64,000 nucleotides of DNA from Octopus sinensis (GCF_006345805.1 NC_043004.1:19592001-19656000); one strand, 5' to 3'. Positions 37,715 through 52,249 are shown, counted from the stretch's first letter. The notes: a model not told the origin generated them from the letters alone. Made by a program: numbers and translations.

Positions 37715-37922
37715 TTTTTTACTGTAGGCACAAGACCTAAAATTTTGGAGAGGGGGCTAGTGGATTGCATCGACCTCTGTGTTTCACTGGTTCTTGATTT
37801 ATCGACCCCGAAAGGACGAAAGGCAAAGTCGACTTCAGCGGAATTTGAACTCAGAACATGACGGCAGATGACATACCTTTAAGCATTTCGCCCAGCGTGC
37901 TAACGATACTCCCAGCTCGCGA
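37715..37922 (-). mobile_element. SINE family B
   Basis: atcgaccccgaaaggacgaaaggcaaagtcgac...ccagctcgc. Confidence 0.85.
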
Positions 37923-38023
37923 ATAGTGTGAAGAAGATGACTATAATTTCGATAGAAAAATCTGCAGAGACAACCTTAAAAAGCCACCACATAACGTCTA
38001 TCACCAAGGTTGGAAGTTAATAA

Positions 38024-38410
38024 TATGCGAGGGTGGGCTAAAAGGTCATAGGCTGACTATGAAGGAATGATGCTAGATCTGTGAAATCTTGTATGCATTA
38101 GTTTCAACACATCTTATCTGTAACTGCAGTGCATCCTTCCAGGTAAATTGACATGCTCAAAGAAGACTTCAACAGTAGCTGGTGGTAATACCAGATATGA
38201 CGACATCATCGCCACTGCGATATTAGTTCCCAGACAAGTACTTTACCATGTTGGGAAACATATTATAAGATTATAGTCAGATGGGTAGGAATCAGGAGAA
38301 TGCAGGTGACCAACCAGTTCAAAGCCACACCCATGCAGGTTGTTATTGTCAAATGGAGCTGAATTAAATGTTTTTGTAGCCCCTGGAAAAGAGCCGCTTT
38401 TGCCATGATT
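38024..38410 (-). mobile_element. Mariner 3' fragment with one TIR
   Basis: TA plus a tgcgagggtgggctaaaaggtcataggctgac TIR-like end; minus strand GFELVGH..SPD..PSDY...FPNM. Confidence 0.7.
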
Positions 38411-39652
38411 CTATTGTTCCACTATTGTTGTCGTTGTTGTTTCAGATGTTATTGCTAATTACTAGTGAGGAGGTAGTGGTTCTATTGCTGTTCCCCGTTT
38501 CTTGTTAAGGGTATCAATGGTAATGATTTCCTCTCTCCTGCCGGTAATTTTGTCACAGATGGCGGCGGTTCATTGCCAGGTATTGCAACTTTGGCACATT
38601 GTCACTGCTTCTGCTACTGTTGATGTTGTTATTCTTGTTGATGTTGGTGCTGTTGTCATTGAAACGACTGTAGTGCGGTGTGGTGGAGGTTTCGATTCAA
38701 ACAACATTTCGCCATCAAAATTATGTTTATTTTTCTCTCGTCTGTGGTGAAAAGGAAAGCGTAGAATCCGTCTTAGAAATTTCGATAAAAAATCTTACTC
38801 TTTTTCAGAACTTTCTCCTGTGCACCAGTAACAAAAGGAAAGTGATATGTCCCTCATTATTCTGGTCTGCTTAAACATTAAAATTAACAAATACAACGCT
38901 CTAGAAAGGAGAACAAGACAGACTTACAGATCTCCTAAAATACGTTCAGCAACAACAATGAGCAACAAGAATAAAAATAAGAATGACAACAATGAAGCTA
39001 TAACTAATAACAATAATAATAATATATGAAAACATTAAAGAAACCAGAAAGTTTGTTCGTGCTAAAATTGACAATTTATTTCTGATGAAGAGTATGAATT
39101 TATCGAAAGTTACCAATATTGTCAATAAAACCATCCAGCAGCAAAGACGCTGTTGTGTGTAACTAAAATCGAATACCTCTTATGTAAATGAATCATAGAC
39201 ATTATTACATGAACGAAACAAATATTTAAGCTTCTTTTATTTATTGATTTACCTACTGTATTTGTTTCTGACCCTAAGAAAAAACAACAACAAAAACTTC
39301 CATCGAATTCATGTAATCCTGGTTGTGAAAGATATTGAATTGAATCAGTAAAAGAAACGAGGAAGTTGGATTTAAGCAATAATAAAGTACAAAGCTCTGT
39401 GAAACCTATCATAATCTTTTATATAATGACTATCAAATTCGATTGATTTAGTTCCTACAGGTTTATTTTGGAACTCAAAATCTTTTAACTTTCGCCAACA
39501 ATGATAACTTTAACAGTTCTCATGGGAAATACTTGAAGGAAACGGAAACAAATCCTAGACAAGTATTAGAGTGGTAACCTCAGTTTATTATATATAAATT
39601 GTTGAATATAAAAATTTAGAGATAAATTATTTCTAATTATATTTATATTATA

Positions 39653-39814
39653 GGTGCAGGAGTGGCTGTGTGGTAAGTAGCTTGTTTACCAACCACATGG
39701 TTCCGGGTTAATTCCCACTGCGTGGCCCCTTGGAGAAGTGTCTTCTACTATAGCCTCGGGCCGACCAAAGCCTTGTGAGTGGATTTGGTAGACGGAAACT
39801 GGAAGAAGCCCGTC

Positions 39815-39858
<44 letters not shown>

Positions 39859-40091
39859 ATATGTTTGTGTGTCTGTGTTTGTCCCCCCCCCACCATTGCT
39901 TGACAACCGATGCTGGTGTGTTTACGTCCACGTAACTTAGCGGTTCAACAAAAGAAACTGATAGAATAAGTACCAGGCTTACAAAGAATAAGTCCTGGGG
40001 TCGATTTACTCGACTAGAAGTTGGTGCTCCAGCATGGCCGCAGTCAAATGACTGAAACAAGTAAAAGAGAGTAAAAGAGAGTAAAAGAGAG
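39653..40091 (+). mobile_element. SINE family A, complete
   Basis: All modules present; tail (gtaaaagaga)x3. Confidence 0.92.
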
Positions 40092-42009
40092 TTGATTTGA
40101 ATTCCTATGTTGCATGATTACTGCAATACGCAAGTATTTATTGCATTGACTAAACTAATTTATTTAGGCTCATTTTTTTGTGATGGAAATGTGTAAATGT
40201 AAGTCTATGTTGTTGATTTATTGATCGGCTTTGATTGAACACAAATTATCAATAATGACCTTGTAGCCGAGAAAATCCAATCTTTGTTTACCTTAGTCTG
40301 CACTATCAAATGCGACTTCCGTCTTAAGAAGATAGGATGTGATTTGAATGCGATCTGCCGGCTATATCTAGCAGCAGCTCGGGTGATATTTCAACAGTTC
40401 TATCATAATATTTTGGAAAACGGTATAATATTATTGTGAAATTAAGTACGTTTTTGGCATCATAATAGCTACTTAGTTAAGTTAGTAAAAGCAATCAGAA
40501 AGAGTGTCAAGAATTACTGCCGTTATTGCTTTTAGTCCTGCAGAATTTCCCATTTTTCTTATGCTGTTTCACTTTATTATTTTCTTTTCATTACTTTATT
40601 AGGCTTCTTTTTAGTTTCTATATTTCGACTTCGTTATCTTCTTTCAGAATGTAGATTAGTTTAACTTGAATTAAATGATAATTCTATGACTGTTACATAA
40701 TTTTAATTCTTGATCCATTCAACCATTTAAACCCTTATTATAGAAGTAACAGTTTAAATGTATGAATAGTTACGAAAATGAATACAATGATATAAATTAT
40801 TGGAGCGTGAATGATTGTTCCGAGATAGCAGACGCTTGTATTGGAAAGAAAAACTGAAATCTAAATGGCAATTATAACTAATTTCCCTTTTATATATTGA
40901 ACCAAATCGAATAGTTTAACACAAGGCAATATTGATAACAATGAAATTTGTAATATTTCAGTAGTTCATTGTTAATGATCTACTGAAAACAATATGTCTA
41001 AACAATAAAGTTGCATTCATGCTATTAACTATATGCTTCAATGTTCAAGGATCATGTAATTACGATTCGACACTATCGTGCAAGCCCTTTCTACTGAGTT
41101 GAATGGAATGTTCGTAAATGTATATTTAGGACGACAGGATATGAAGAGAAGATACTGATTTAAATATGTGCGATAACAGTCGTCACCGATTTCTAGCTTC
41201 GCACTTGCGTCCATAATTAAGATGTTTCAAAGTGGCAGTTCATTCTGGTTGAATTCCATCTTGAATTTAATATTATGGTTGATGCTATTAATCTCATTTT
41301 TAAATTTCATAAGTTTGTCAATATTTTCTGCCATAAAATGAAACAATTACCTAGATATCTTTCCCAGTTGTCTGTTAAATAGGTGGTCGAACCCAAGACC
41401 GTGTGGTCATTTTATATAAACACCGATCTCATGATTTGCAACTAAAATTGGATGGAGGAAACTGATTGCAACTCTGTCGGATTGACTGTACCTGTAATTT
41501 AAAAAGCATAGCTTTGCCACACAAAAGTCACTCTGATTCAGCCTGGAAATGACATTAATCGTATACATGACTTTAGAATGTTCAGTCACTTATACATTAA
41601 TTCAGGAGATGACGATTCACTTGATCGAACCACCAAAACCTCGTCGCTGAAAGACGGAGACCACCCCCCACCGTTATTTGAAAAATTAATCTCTTACAAA
41701 ACATCTGTTATAATTTACGCAAAAGTTCTTCAGAGAGTACAAAATAATATCTAATGTATTAGTTTATAAATATAGTGAGCCGAATAAAAATTATTGTATA
41801 GCCATAAACAAAAATAATACGCAAAACGTAGAACCCTCCAGTTTTGTATTGATGTGTATATGAACAGAATATTTAATCTTCACTGACACTGCATTCTATC
41901 TGCGAATTTTAACTATCCACAGACTTTGGTGAATAACTAAAAGTATCCATTTGTTTTTTTCTATTTGGTCAACTTTATGTAACAATGCGTACACACATAC
42001 ACATACATA

Positions 42010-42180
42010 TATGATAGCCTGGTTTCAGTTTCCGTCAACCAGGTCCACTCACAAGGTTTTCGTCCAGGGCTAAGGCAGACAACACTTACCCAATGTACCA
42101 TGCAGTGGGACTGAACCCAGTCCTACAGCATGGTACTTTCGGTGGCAGGAAGTAAACTTCTTAAGAAACGGCCACACTTA
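42010..42180 (-). mobile_element. SINE family A, degenerate 5' half
   Basis: ttcagtttccgtc...ccactcacaagg...gtgggactgaaccc. Confidence 0.6.
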
Positions 42181-43152
42181 TATGAAATATAAACTAAAAT
42201 TCAATTGGTATATGCAACTGGAACAGTATTAAATTACACTCGCCTTTATAATAATTGCATACACACCATGATGAGATATGATACTGTGGATATATCTGAA
42301 ATAAAATCTTTTCATAGACCGTTTGTGTTAAAAATAATATATATTGGAACGAGAGGAACACCGTCGCTGTAGTGGCTTGTGAGAACGATAGACACGTTTC
42401 ATCTTCCTTGAGGTTTGTCTAAGCTGTGTATCCAACTGACAACTGTAGGAAACAGTGAATAAAACATTCTCTATTATTACGAAAGCTACCGAGCTGTAGA
42501 CGGAACAAACGTACACAATCCAAGCGGGATTATATTGAAATCATCATCTGTGTGCTGACAAGCTTCAAGAACAACAAAATACATCTAATGTTCTTGAAAG
42601 TTATTGCAGCGACCACATTCTTTTCGCTCCGATATATTGTGTTTTTAACACCTCGTTATAACTTATACGCAGTAGAATGGAAGAAATGTTTCAAAAATAT
42701 AATACTAAAAAAGTCTGGTTCATCTGAATTTTTATGGTAGACGGAGATTAACAAAAACGGAAATTGAAAACTTTTAAACATATAAAAGAATATCATATGA
42801 GATGATGGGGTGTTATTCAATTTAGAGAATTTTGCTTTCTTAAGTTATTGTGAATAATTGAAATAGAGGCAGAGAGAAAATAGTTTAAACTTTGAAAATA
42901 TTTTCTACTTACACATTAATTTCACAAGTTTATTGCAAATGAAAATTTTCACTTTCAGAAAAGAAATTGCAACAATTGTTTTTAGTTCTAAATATAACTT
43001 TATAAATAATGTCTTCGTTGGTGTCGATGGAGATTATTCCTGTAGTTCGCTGAATTTAACATTCACATTCACCGTATTAGGGTGTGAATGATTGACATTT
43101 AAGCAGGCTTTTTGGATAACAGACTCAGATCATTCGATGGGCTTCTACAAAG

Positions 43153-43239
43153 CGTCTTCTACTATAGCCTCGGGGAGTTCACGGCTCTCTGAGTGGATTT
43201 AGTTGACGGAAACCGAAAGAAGCCCGTCGTATATATATA

Positions 43240-43287
<48 letters not shown>

Positions 43288-43565
43288 ATGTGTGTGTGTG
43301 TGTGTGTTTGTGTGTGCGTATATAATATATATGTATGTGTGTGTGTGTGTGTGTGCATTTGTGTATCTGTGTTTTTAACGCTACCATCGCTTGACAACCG
43401 ATGTTGGCGTGTTTACATCCTCGTAATTTAGCGGTTCGGCCAAAGAAACCTATAGAATAAGTAAAAGACTTACAAGGAATGAATCTTGGGGTCGATTTGT
43501 TCGACTAAAGGCGGTGCTACAGCATGGCCGCAGTCAAATGACTGAAAGAAGTAAAAGAATAAAAG
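43153..43565 (+). mobile_element. SINE family A, head-truncated
   Basis: Body, internal TA/TG tract and tail present. Confidence 0.85.
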
Positions 43566-43569
43566 AAGA

Positions 43570-43604
<35 letters not shown>

Positions 43605-43817
43605 GGTATGACTATGTATTGTACTACGTACAGCTGAACTTATCAACAGTTACATATTGCTCATACGATCTCAGATATAGATTCGCCCCAAAATACCTCT
43701 TTGCATAGAAACTTGTTATTTTTGTTATTTTTATAAACAATTTCTGTTATTGTCTCTGTATATGTACATGCACAGTCTCACACACACACACACTCACACA
43801 CATACGCACTTACAAGT

Positions 43818-44140
43818 GGGCCTCCATCGGTTACGACGACGTGGGTTCCAGTTGTTCCGATCAACGCAACAGTCTGCTCGTGAAATTAACTTACATGTGG
43901 CTGAACACTCCATAGAGACGTGTACACTTAATGTAGTACTCAGGGACATTCGCCGTGACACAGAGTGTGACAAGGCTCGCCATTTAAAATACACGTACTA
44001 CTGACTTTTACCAGCTGAGTGGACTGCAGCAACGTGAAATAAAGTGTCTTGCCCAAGGAGGCAACGCATCACCGAGAATCGAACTCACGACCTTGGAATC
44101 GTAAGCTGAACACCTTAACGACTAAGCCACATGTCTTCAC
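43818..44140 (-). mobile_element. SINE family D (tRNA head, ccttgggcaagacactt core, same 3' body as family C)
   Basis: Head gtggcttagtcg...gagttcgattc; 43818-43990 matches 32030-32200. Confidence 0.8.
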
Positions 44141-44580
44141 ACACACACACACATAGACATACACACATACATACACATATATACTAGTGGTAGAATACGT
44201 TAAACACTACAGCCGAAGAAACTGGAAAATAATGCGTTTATATGTGCTTTGCACAAGACAATAGCCTTTAATCCCTTACATCGTCTCACATCTAATATGT
44301 TTGTGTGTTCTACTATATATACAGGCTTATTTTAAGCTTCGTACATCAAACCTATATATAACTCCCGAGTACATGTTTTTTGTCTGGTGTTGGAGACATG
44401 TCGCCTTGTAATTTTGGGATGCTGATTTCAAAAATTAGATCTATTTTGCTGAGTAATGTGAAGGTTTTTCACAAACTCCAGTGCCTATTTTTCAACATGT
44501 CCAGCATTATCACTATTTCTAAGGATAGATTTGGCTTCATCAAATGCAGACCCGTCTATGGAGCTTGACACAACTCTCTC

Positions 44581-45050
<470 letters not shown>

Positions 45051-46035
45051 ACGAAAACGTTACTTGTTACGGTTATCTCTACAGATATTCTGTGGAAATT
45101 ATAGCTAGCACTGATTTTTAGTTACAACGTTTCGTATACGAGACACTAGATGTAAACAAACAACGAAATCGAAGATGAGAAAAGGGTAATGGGTGTATAT
45201 GCCACATATTGGTGATCTTTACCTCTTTATCAGCACCCATTTAACGCTTTAATCATCCTCGACCACATTGCTTAAACAGCGACTGTAAATAGCGGTGTTT
45301 AGACATTGGATATACCTATTTATATATTAATCGCATTCCTAGAAGCTGGTACTTAAATGCTAGTGATTTGTGAAAAGCGCACTGCTGACGCAGTAGAAGA
45401 TGGTGTTGGTTTATATAAATGTTTAATATACTTTAAAGTATATTATGGTTACAGAACTAAATAACGCGTATCTACAAGTCATTAGTAACTTCGAAAACAG
45501 ATTTTCAGTATCACTTAAAGTAAATGCAACATCAAAAGTGAAAACAAAAGACATGATCTAAGCATCTTTAGTAAACAAAAATCATCAAACTTTAGTAACT
45601 TTCATTATTTTCAATCTGACCAGTTTTAAATGTCATGATGATGACAGAAATGGCCTTTACACAATTAGATGTTAATAAACAACATATTTCTGTGGTCTTT
45701 GATATCAAACACGTCACATATTTGCGGAATTTGCGGATATGCCCATGCTGTGCTTGATTTAGTGTGACTATCATTGCAAATCAGGTGAGACATGTTTTGC
45801 TGAACCTCTAAATATTTCTTATGATAATGGGTATGTGCTCTTGAATGTGCCCTTAATGTTTTAATTTTTGTCAAGCATAGTCAAAGAACTCTAGAAAGAA
45901 CTTCATGGTGTGTCAGTTCGTTATGGCACTTTATTGTCATAAATCTACATTTGCTTATTTTACAAATGTTGACAATTCTGAAAATGCTTTCCCATGGTGA
46001 CAACTGGCTTAAATATCTTCTTTTATTTCGGAAAT

Positions 46036-46888
46036 ATGGCCAGTTGTGAGAGAAGAAAATGCAAACACAGTTCCGATGTCTTCTGCTATATTTGTGGATA
46101 TTACACCTTATCTAGGCAGTGAAACAAAATCAAAGATTTTGTGAAGAAAGCTTACTTTACTTACTTTGGCATGAGACTGGGTGATAAGGACAAAGCCTGA
46201 GAATCCCATATAGTAGATAAAACGTTTTGAAAACCTGAAATAGTTACAGTTTCAAATACTTAACCAGAAAGTTTCCAGTTTTGTCTTGTGAGAAAATTAA
46301 GACATGTATGACTATTGTAAGATGAGCAGTGACTATTGTGACTATAGTAGGATGAGTAACTTCTGGAGACCGTGTTTGGCCTTGAAAAAAGCATGGCATA
46401 CTTTCGCATCCCTGAATATCATAGTGCAATAAGTGATGAGCAAGGAGAAAGATTCCACCAAAGCATCGAAACTATAGTGACTATGTATCAAAGCACAGGA
46501 CACAGAAGCATGATGGCTGACTACTTCTGGTCTCTGCAAAGAGATTGTTGTGATGCAAGTTATTCATGCAAAGCAGCAAGTTCACTCCCTGAGTTGCTGA
46601 AACTCCATTATGACAGAAATATCGGTCCAAATATATGAAATTAAACATTTTTGTAATATAATTGTTAAATAAGAAAAATTACTATTTGGTTTGCGTTTGC
46701 TTCTTATTTCAGTATTGCGGTTAATAGCAAAATTCACACGTTTTGGCAAAAAAATAATTCCTGTTTAACAAAAAACTTGATGTGTTAGAAGAAAGCTGAT
46801 TGTAGTTTTGAAATAATTACGTCAATTTCAGTCTAAATCAAGCGAAAAAGCGAATTCGACAAATTATGTTCCAAATTATTCCCCAGTG
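46036..46888 (+). mobile_element. CMC-Chapaev3-like DNA transposon, internal-deletion derivative
   Basis: N-terminal MASCERRKCKHSSDVFCYICG...AYFTYFGMRLGDKDKA joined within ~120 bp to C-terminal SDEQGERFHQ...MADYFWSLQRD; right end reads CACTGGGGAA on the minus strand (ends 46888); left end not located. Confidence 0.78.
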
Positions 46889-48499
46889 TAATTACTATGT
46901 ATTTGTTTTAACCTCTGAGCAACACACTCATATATACATACATACACATACACTTGTGTCTGTCCGTTCAACGTAGTGGCATAATCATTGTAGAAAGTTA
47001 AAAATATATTCCGATATTATATAAATGGCGATACAGTGCAGCAATTCGTTGTGAGATAAATCGTGTGTGATATCCATTATATGGCATATAGAAAAAATAT
47101 GTTATACACCTTGTTTGTCACGTGCATAGCGGCACGAAGATGAAGAAGGAAAAATACTTTTAAGGGAATTGACAAAAATTAATGCTTGATTTGTTCATCT
47201 GAGGACGTATTTCAATTAATAATCACTGCGAAAGGCTGTACAGACCTGTAACTTAAAAAAGAAAAAAAAAACTGTATTTCTTCTGGCTTAAAAACTGCAA
47301 TCCCTCGTATTTTCAGAGAGCAATATATGCGTTCTTATATCTATGCTAATACCTCTAGCTGAAATTACAAAATTGATTATAACGCACAAGGAAACGAAAG
47401 ATGTGTAACCTTTATTATTCTAATCAGGGTGTGAGTAGCAGTTGTTTGCAATATTGCTTGCGGTACTGATTGCTGTAGTCAAAAGCAGAATAGTAAATAA
47501 CTTACTCTACTGCTAACGTGGCTGTCTACAGAATAGTTATTTGAGAAGTGAATTAATGAATACAGTCTTACAGTCTTGCTTGATAATATTTCTTCAGCAA
47601 TCTGTTGTTCGATTCAGTTCACCTCAATACTGAATAAATCATTTTAATTTGTGTATGAATAATATCTCTGCCGATTCAGGTTCTAGCCTGGTAAGAATGA
47701 AATTAATTTTCGCACTTGAAACAGCTTTAGATTAAAATACCGGTGTGTATAATATTTAAAATGAGTACATAAACGACGAACAGAAGAAACATAATAAAAA
47801 AAAACAAACAAAAAGAAGTCTCAGTAATAAAAAGAAAACATCTAAATCAAGAGACCTTTGTTATATCGAAAATAATGATAATCTGCTATTAAAAACGACA
47901 ATGCTGTTTAAAAATATAACAAGTCAGACTCTAATTCAAAATGGCGTCAAGAACTAAATTAACGTTAATAAGAAATCATTGCATTACTATCAGAAAACCA
48001 AATAGAATCATTTTCAAGATTGTAGGCTCTGCTACGTATTCCCTCAGATTGACATGTCCAAATAAAAACGTACTAAACTTGAACAATCATGCAGGATGGA
48101 GTATATCAACTGAATAGATAATCAAACTCTATACATAGTGAACACCAAGAATGTGCCACAAAGTATATCTAGGTGGCATATATCACAGGCAAATCCGAGT
48201 TGCTTGCAAAACTATATATTTATCTACAAGTGGTGCTGGAAATAAAAACACACACACACCCAAATGTCACGCTGGGGGAGGAGGAGGCCTACAAACTTAA
48301 TCATTAAAAGTAAAGAAATGATATAAAATCTAAACTTTTATAACTCTGTGTAACAAAATGTTTATCATTTTTGTCTTTGGCATATACATATTAGGAAATG
48401 ATTTCTATTACCTTTAAACTTTTTGACCTGGACATCAATGCTTTGAAACTGACCTATTTTCAATTAAATTTCAGGCAGATTCAGCGCTGAGTTGCTGAA

Positions 48500-48680
48500 G
48501 CAGAAATACTGTTTTAACAAATATTCTGCTTAACACAACAGATTTGCTTGTCAGTTACTTAGCCTTAACCACTTGAGCATATTCCTTAGTGGCTGACAAT
48601 ATGTACATCCCTGACCATGAGCAGGAGTAGTGGGGAAGCATCATAACCATGTGTTGAGAGTGATTCTTAGGGGTTTGAAT
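48500..48680 (+). mobile_element. Family T repeat, internal fragment
   Basis: aaatattctgct...gatttgcttgtcagtt...ccttagtggctgac...gcatcataaccatgtgttgagag. Confidence 0.7.
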
Positions 48681-49514
48681 AAATGTAAGAAAATCATAGT
48701 TTGAAAGAAATATTAGCCATTTTCATACTTTCTAGTGGTAAGCAAATAGGATATAATAGTTGCTACACAAGGACGAAAATCGCGTTACACAGTATAATCT
48801 GTCTCACCACTGCTTAAAACGTTTTAAATGTAGGAATTCCACAGTAGATAAATAACTATCTAAAGTATAAATAATTTCCAGAAGTACAAAAGAGACTGCT
48901 CAAAGGCTTCTCTGGTTGTAAATATCAATTGCAGAACAACAACATCGAAACGGAAGAGGGTTAAGAGAGAAAAGAAACTGAGTATTTACATAGCTATAAC
49001 TTGACTAGCGGATGGTTTTTACAGTGTCCTCTATTTGTTCATTCTGAAAACATTAACATTCAGTATGGTAGCACCAATATAAAAATGTATATCAATCATG
49101 CCAGAAACAAATTGAAAATAATTCTGCTGATTCAGAAAAAAGAAATAATTATAACAAAATACCATTCTTATTACAGGAATATGCCAAGGTAACTCTTTCA
49201 CTTCATTACTTTTCTGTACCGTATTGAGATCTACACAGTATTTCAACTAAATAATTATGCTAAAAGTACAAGCTTAACAATGATGTATAATTGTATTATA
49301 ATTATACACAAGGAAGATTGGAAACATTACATATAACATACTTCAATACAATGCTATTGTGACGATCAATCATCTTATATATATCGACGATCACATAGCT
49401 GTGTAATTAAGAATTGACACAATTATACAATTATGAGTAAGACGTTCGTTTCACATACACACACACACACTACATACATACATGCATGCATACTTACATT
49501 CACTCTTACATTCG

Positions 49515-49745
49515 AAGGCGGCGAGCTGGCAGAAACGTTAGCACGTCGGGCAAAATGCGTAGCCGTATTTCGTCTGCCGTTACGCTGTGAGTTCAAATTC
49601 CGCCGAGGTCGACTTTGCCTTTCATCTTTTCGGGGTCGATTAAATAAGTACCAGTTACGCACTGGGGTCGATATAATTGACTTAGTCCGTTTGTCTGTCC
49701 TTGTTTGTCCTATCTGTGTTTAGCCCCTTGTGGGTAGTAAAAAAA
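49515..49745 (+). mobile_element. SINE family B, best-preserved copy
   Basis: aaggcggcgagctggcagaaacgttagc head; gagttcaaattcc B-box-like; central gtcgactttgcctttcatc...ggggtcgat; A-rich end. Confidence 0.9.
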
Positions 49746-50799
49746 AATATACTTACATTCACACACATACATATATGCACCGGCAAAAGATGAAAACATT
49801 GACAAAAAGGAGACACTCCTCAAATAAAGTTTCAAGCTAGAGACTCAGTCTCGCAGCCGAAATGCAATAAACTGGTGATTTACCTGCAGGAAACTTTTGA
49901 CCAACGGCTCCATTGTTTACAAATTGAGATGTGAAATAGGATTATAAAATGTATGTTCTACCATGCAGATGATACGCAGCTAGAAACACTACAACAGAGA
50001 TTTACTTGACTGGAACACCTTCTGTCACATATTTGTTTGATCAGAACAGATTTGGCTGGTTTGAATATCAAGACTGCCACGCCAACTACAATGGTAGTAA
50101 GCCATTTGATTATTTTGTAAAGTTAAAATATTTAGCATAAAATTCGTCAAATAGAAAAGAAGAAAGTTAATATTTAAGAATCAGTAAATGTGAAATACTG
50201 AACTACAAATTGTAGCTATCAATACAAACACGTATCTAATCTCACTTTACAAAAGAATTTGGCTTGAATAACTGAAAACAAACAATTTGTACTGATACTG
50301 TTAGGAACATATTAATAAAACAAAATGAATAGTAAAACAGACAAAAACCATTTTAAAGCTATGATAAAGTGTATGGAAATATAATCTAACGAAATATTAT
50401 GCGAATAAAATATTGGCTAAAGAAAGTTTTTGATTTATGCAGGATTACAAACTGTAAGGAACCAAGTGTAAAGAATATAAAGTTAAAGACGCAAGTGTAA
50501 AGAAGTGGAATGCAACTCATATAGATCAATGATATTGGCAAATATTTAACTAGTTCAAGAACTAAAACTGCCAGTAAAAGTAATTAACGAACGAAGAATC
50601 TAATCACAAGCTAACCAAAATATTATAAAGTAGCAAATGAAATGAAAAAAAAAAATTAGCCTCAACATACAGAGATAAAGTAAAATTAAAACTCTTCCAG
50701 CTAAAAGAAAATACAAATATCTTAAAGGATTCCTAAATGTATATACTCTTTGTATTATAATACATTTCGAAACAAATGTACAAAGAATTAAAGAGATAT

Positions 50800-51095
50800 A
50801 GAAACGCATGCCTTTTATTTCTTACTTACTTCAGTCAATAGACTGCGGTCATACTGGGACACCGCCTTGTTAGGCAAACAAATCAACCAAAGTACTTATT
50901 TTCTAAAGCCTGATATTTATTCTGTTATTAATTTTTGCCGAGCCGTTTCCGCCTAGCAAATTCATTTACAATGTTTTGGTTGGCCCGGATCTGTAGTAGA
51001 AGACATTTGGTCAAGGTGCCACTCAGTGCGACTGGACCTAAGATCATATGGTTGGAGGGAAAGTTCATTAAATATACAGTCACAGCTGCACCTAT
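50800..51095 (-). mobile_element. SINE family A, degenerate
   Basis: gactgcggtcatactggg...accgcc and gtgccactcagtgcgactgga. Confidence 0.6.
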
Positions 51096-51863
51096 ATAAA
51101 TGGAAAGGAAACTGAAATACGAAAACACTGACAATAATTGCTCGGCTCAAATCACTCAATCGCGGCAATCAATATAAACACTACGAGAATTATTTGTCAC
51201 ATGAACGAGTGAACAAACAGACAAAGCAGTCAATAAGACGTGAAATGCAGGGCACCAGAAGTAAAGAATAACGAATGAGTAACATGGTGAACGTTCCTTA
51301 CGTACTATGATTTACATATCACTTCACTCTATGACTTTCTCAAATCAGACCACCGACAGTTTTATTGGACACTTTTACACAAATCTAAATAGTCAGCAAC
51401 ACTGCTTCTCTCAAAATACTTTAGAGCAATCACTTTCCTCCATTATCTGTTTAATTCTTTTCCAGCCGAAAGCAACTGCCTATAATATCATCATCATTGT
51501 TTTCTGTAGGTGCTCTCTACTAACAGTAACCATCATTTTGCATCTTTCTTATCGGTCTCTTGGACTTTAGATGGGTTTAGTCCTTTCAATCTAGCGTTCA
51601 ATGAAGACACTCTTTAGTGCTGAATAGAGTGCTAATAGAGCAAAAGTTTTTCAGACTATATTTGTTTAAGTACACCTTGTGATATATAAGTTTTATGAGA
51701 TATCCTAGTGCACTGGAATCGATAGCGTGAAATAATTCTCACAGATTATCTCAACACACTTTTCTACTGCGTAATCAATGTCACTTGTTGGTGATAATGA
51801 TATTACAGCATACGACCTCTAACGCAAGATCACAGAAGTGGTTTCAATAATAGATGAACGTCA

Positions 51864-51898
51864 CTGACGAGACCAAAGAAGGTCGAAATCACGTGATC
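51864..51898 (+). ncRNA. Type I hammerhead core (stem I weak)
   Basis: CTGACGA gacc-aaagaa-ggtc GAAA, perfect palindrome atcacgtgat as stem III, AUC triplet (51896-51898). Confidence 0.6.
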
Positions 51899-52249
51899 TA
51901 GGGTCTCGACGCTGGAGATGGTGGTGATTTATAAACCGCAAGAGATACAAACAAGAGTCTATTTTGCACGTAAAGCCGATGTGGGAGATTCTCTCATGGT
52001 ATGTACCTCAGTAATGTTTTTTTTTCTAATAGAAAATCCACGTTTAAGTGGGTATAAATACTGTGTTCACATGTTTTGTGTATTGTGTGTACTTTTATCT
52101 CTTTTTCTCGTCATGTTTTGTCCGTATGTTCTTGTTAGGATCGTTTTCTGTCCTCAGGTTCCACATCTGGATTATTTCTATTTCCGCTTTCTATTAGAAA
52201 TACCTTGCCATTTGTTAGGACTGATTTGTCGATTTTCCCCTTAGTAGCA

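Noticed and set aside
38420-38800. Q/N/T-rich minus-strand reading resembling an ORF1 start
   Set aside because: Low complexity with stops and no diagnostic motif.
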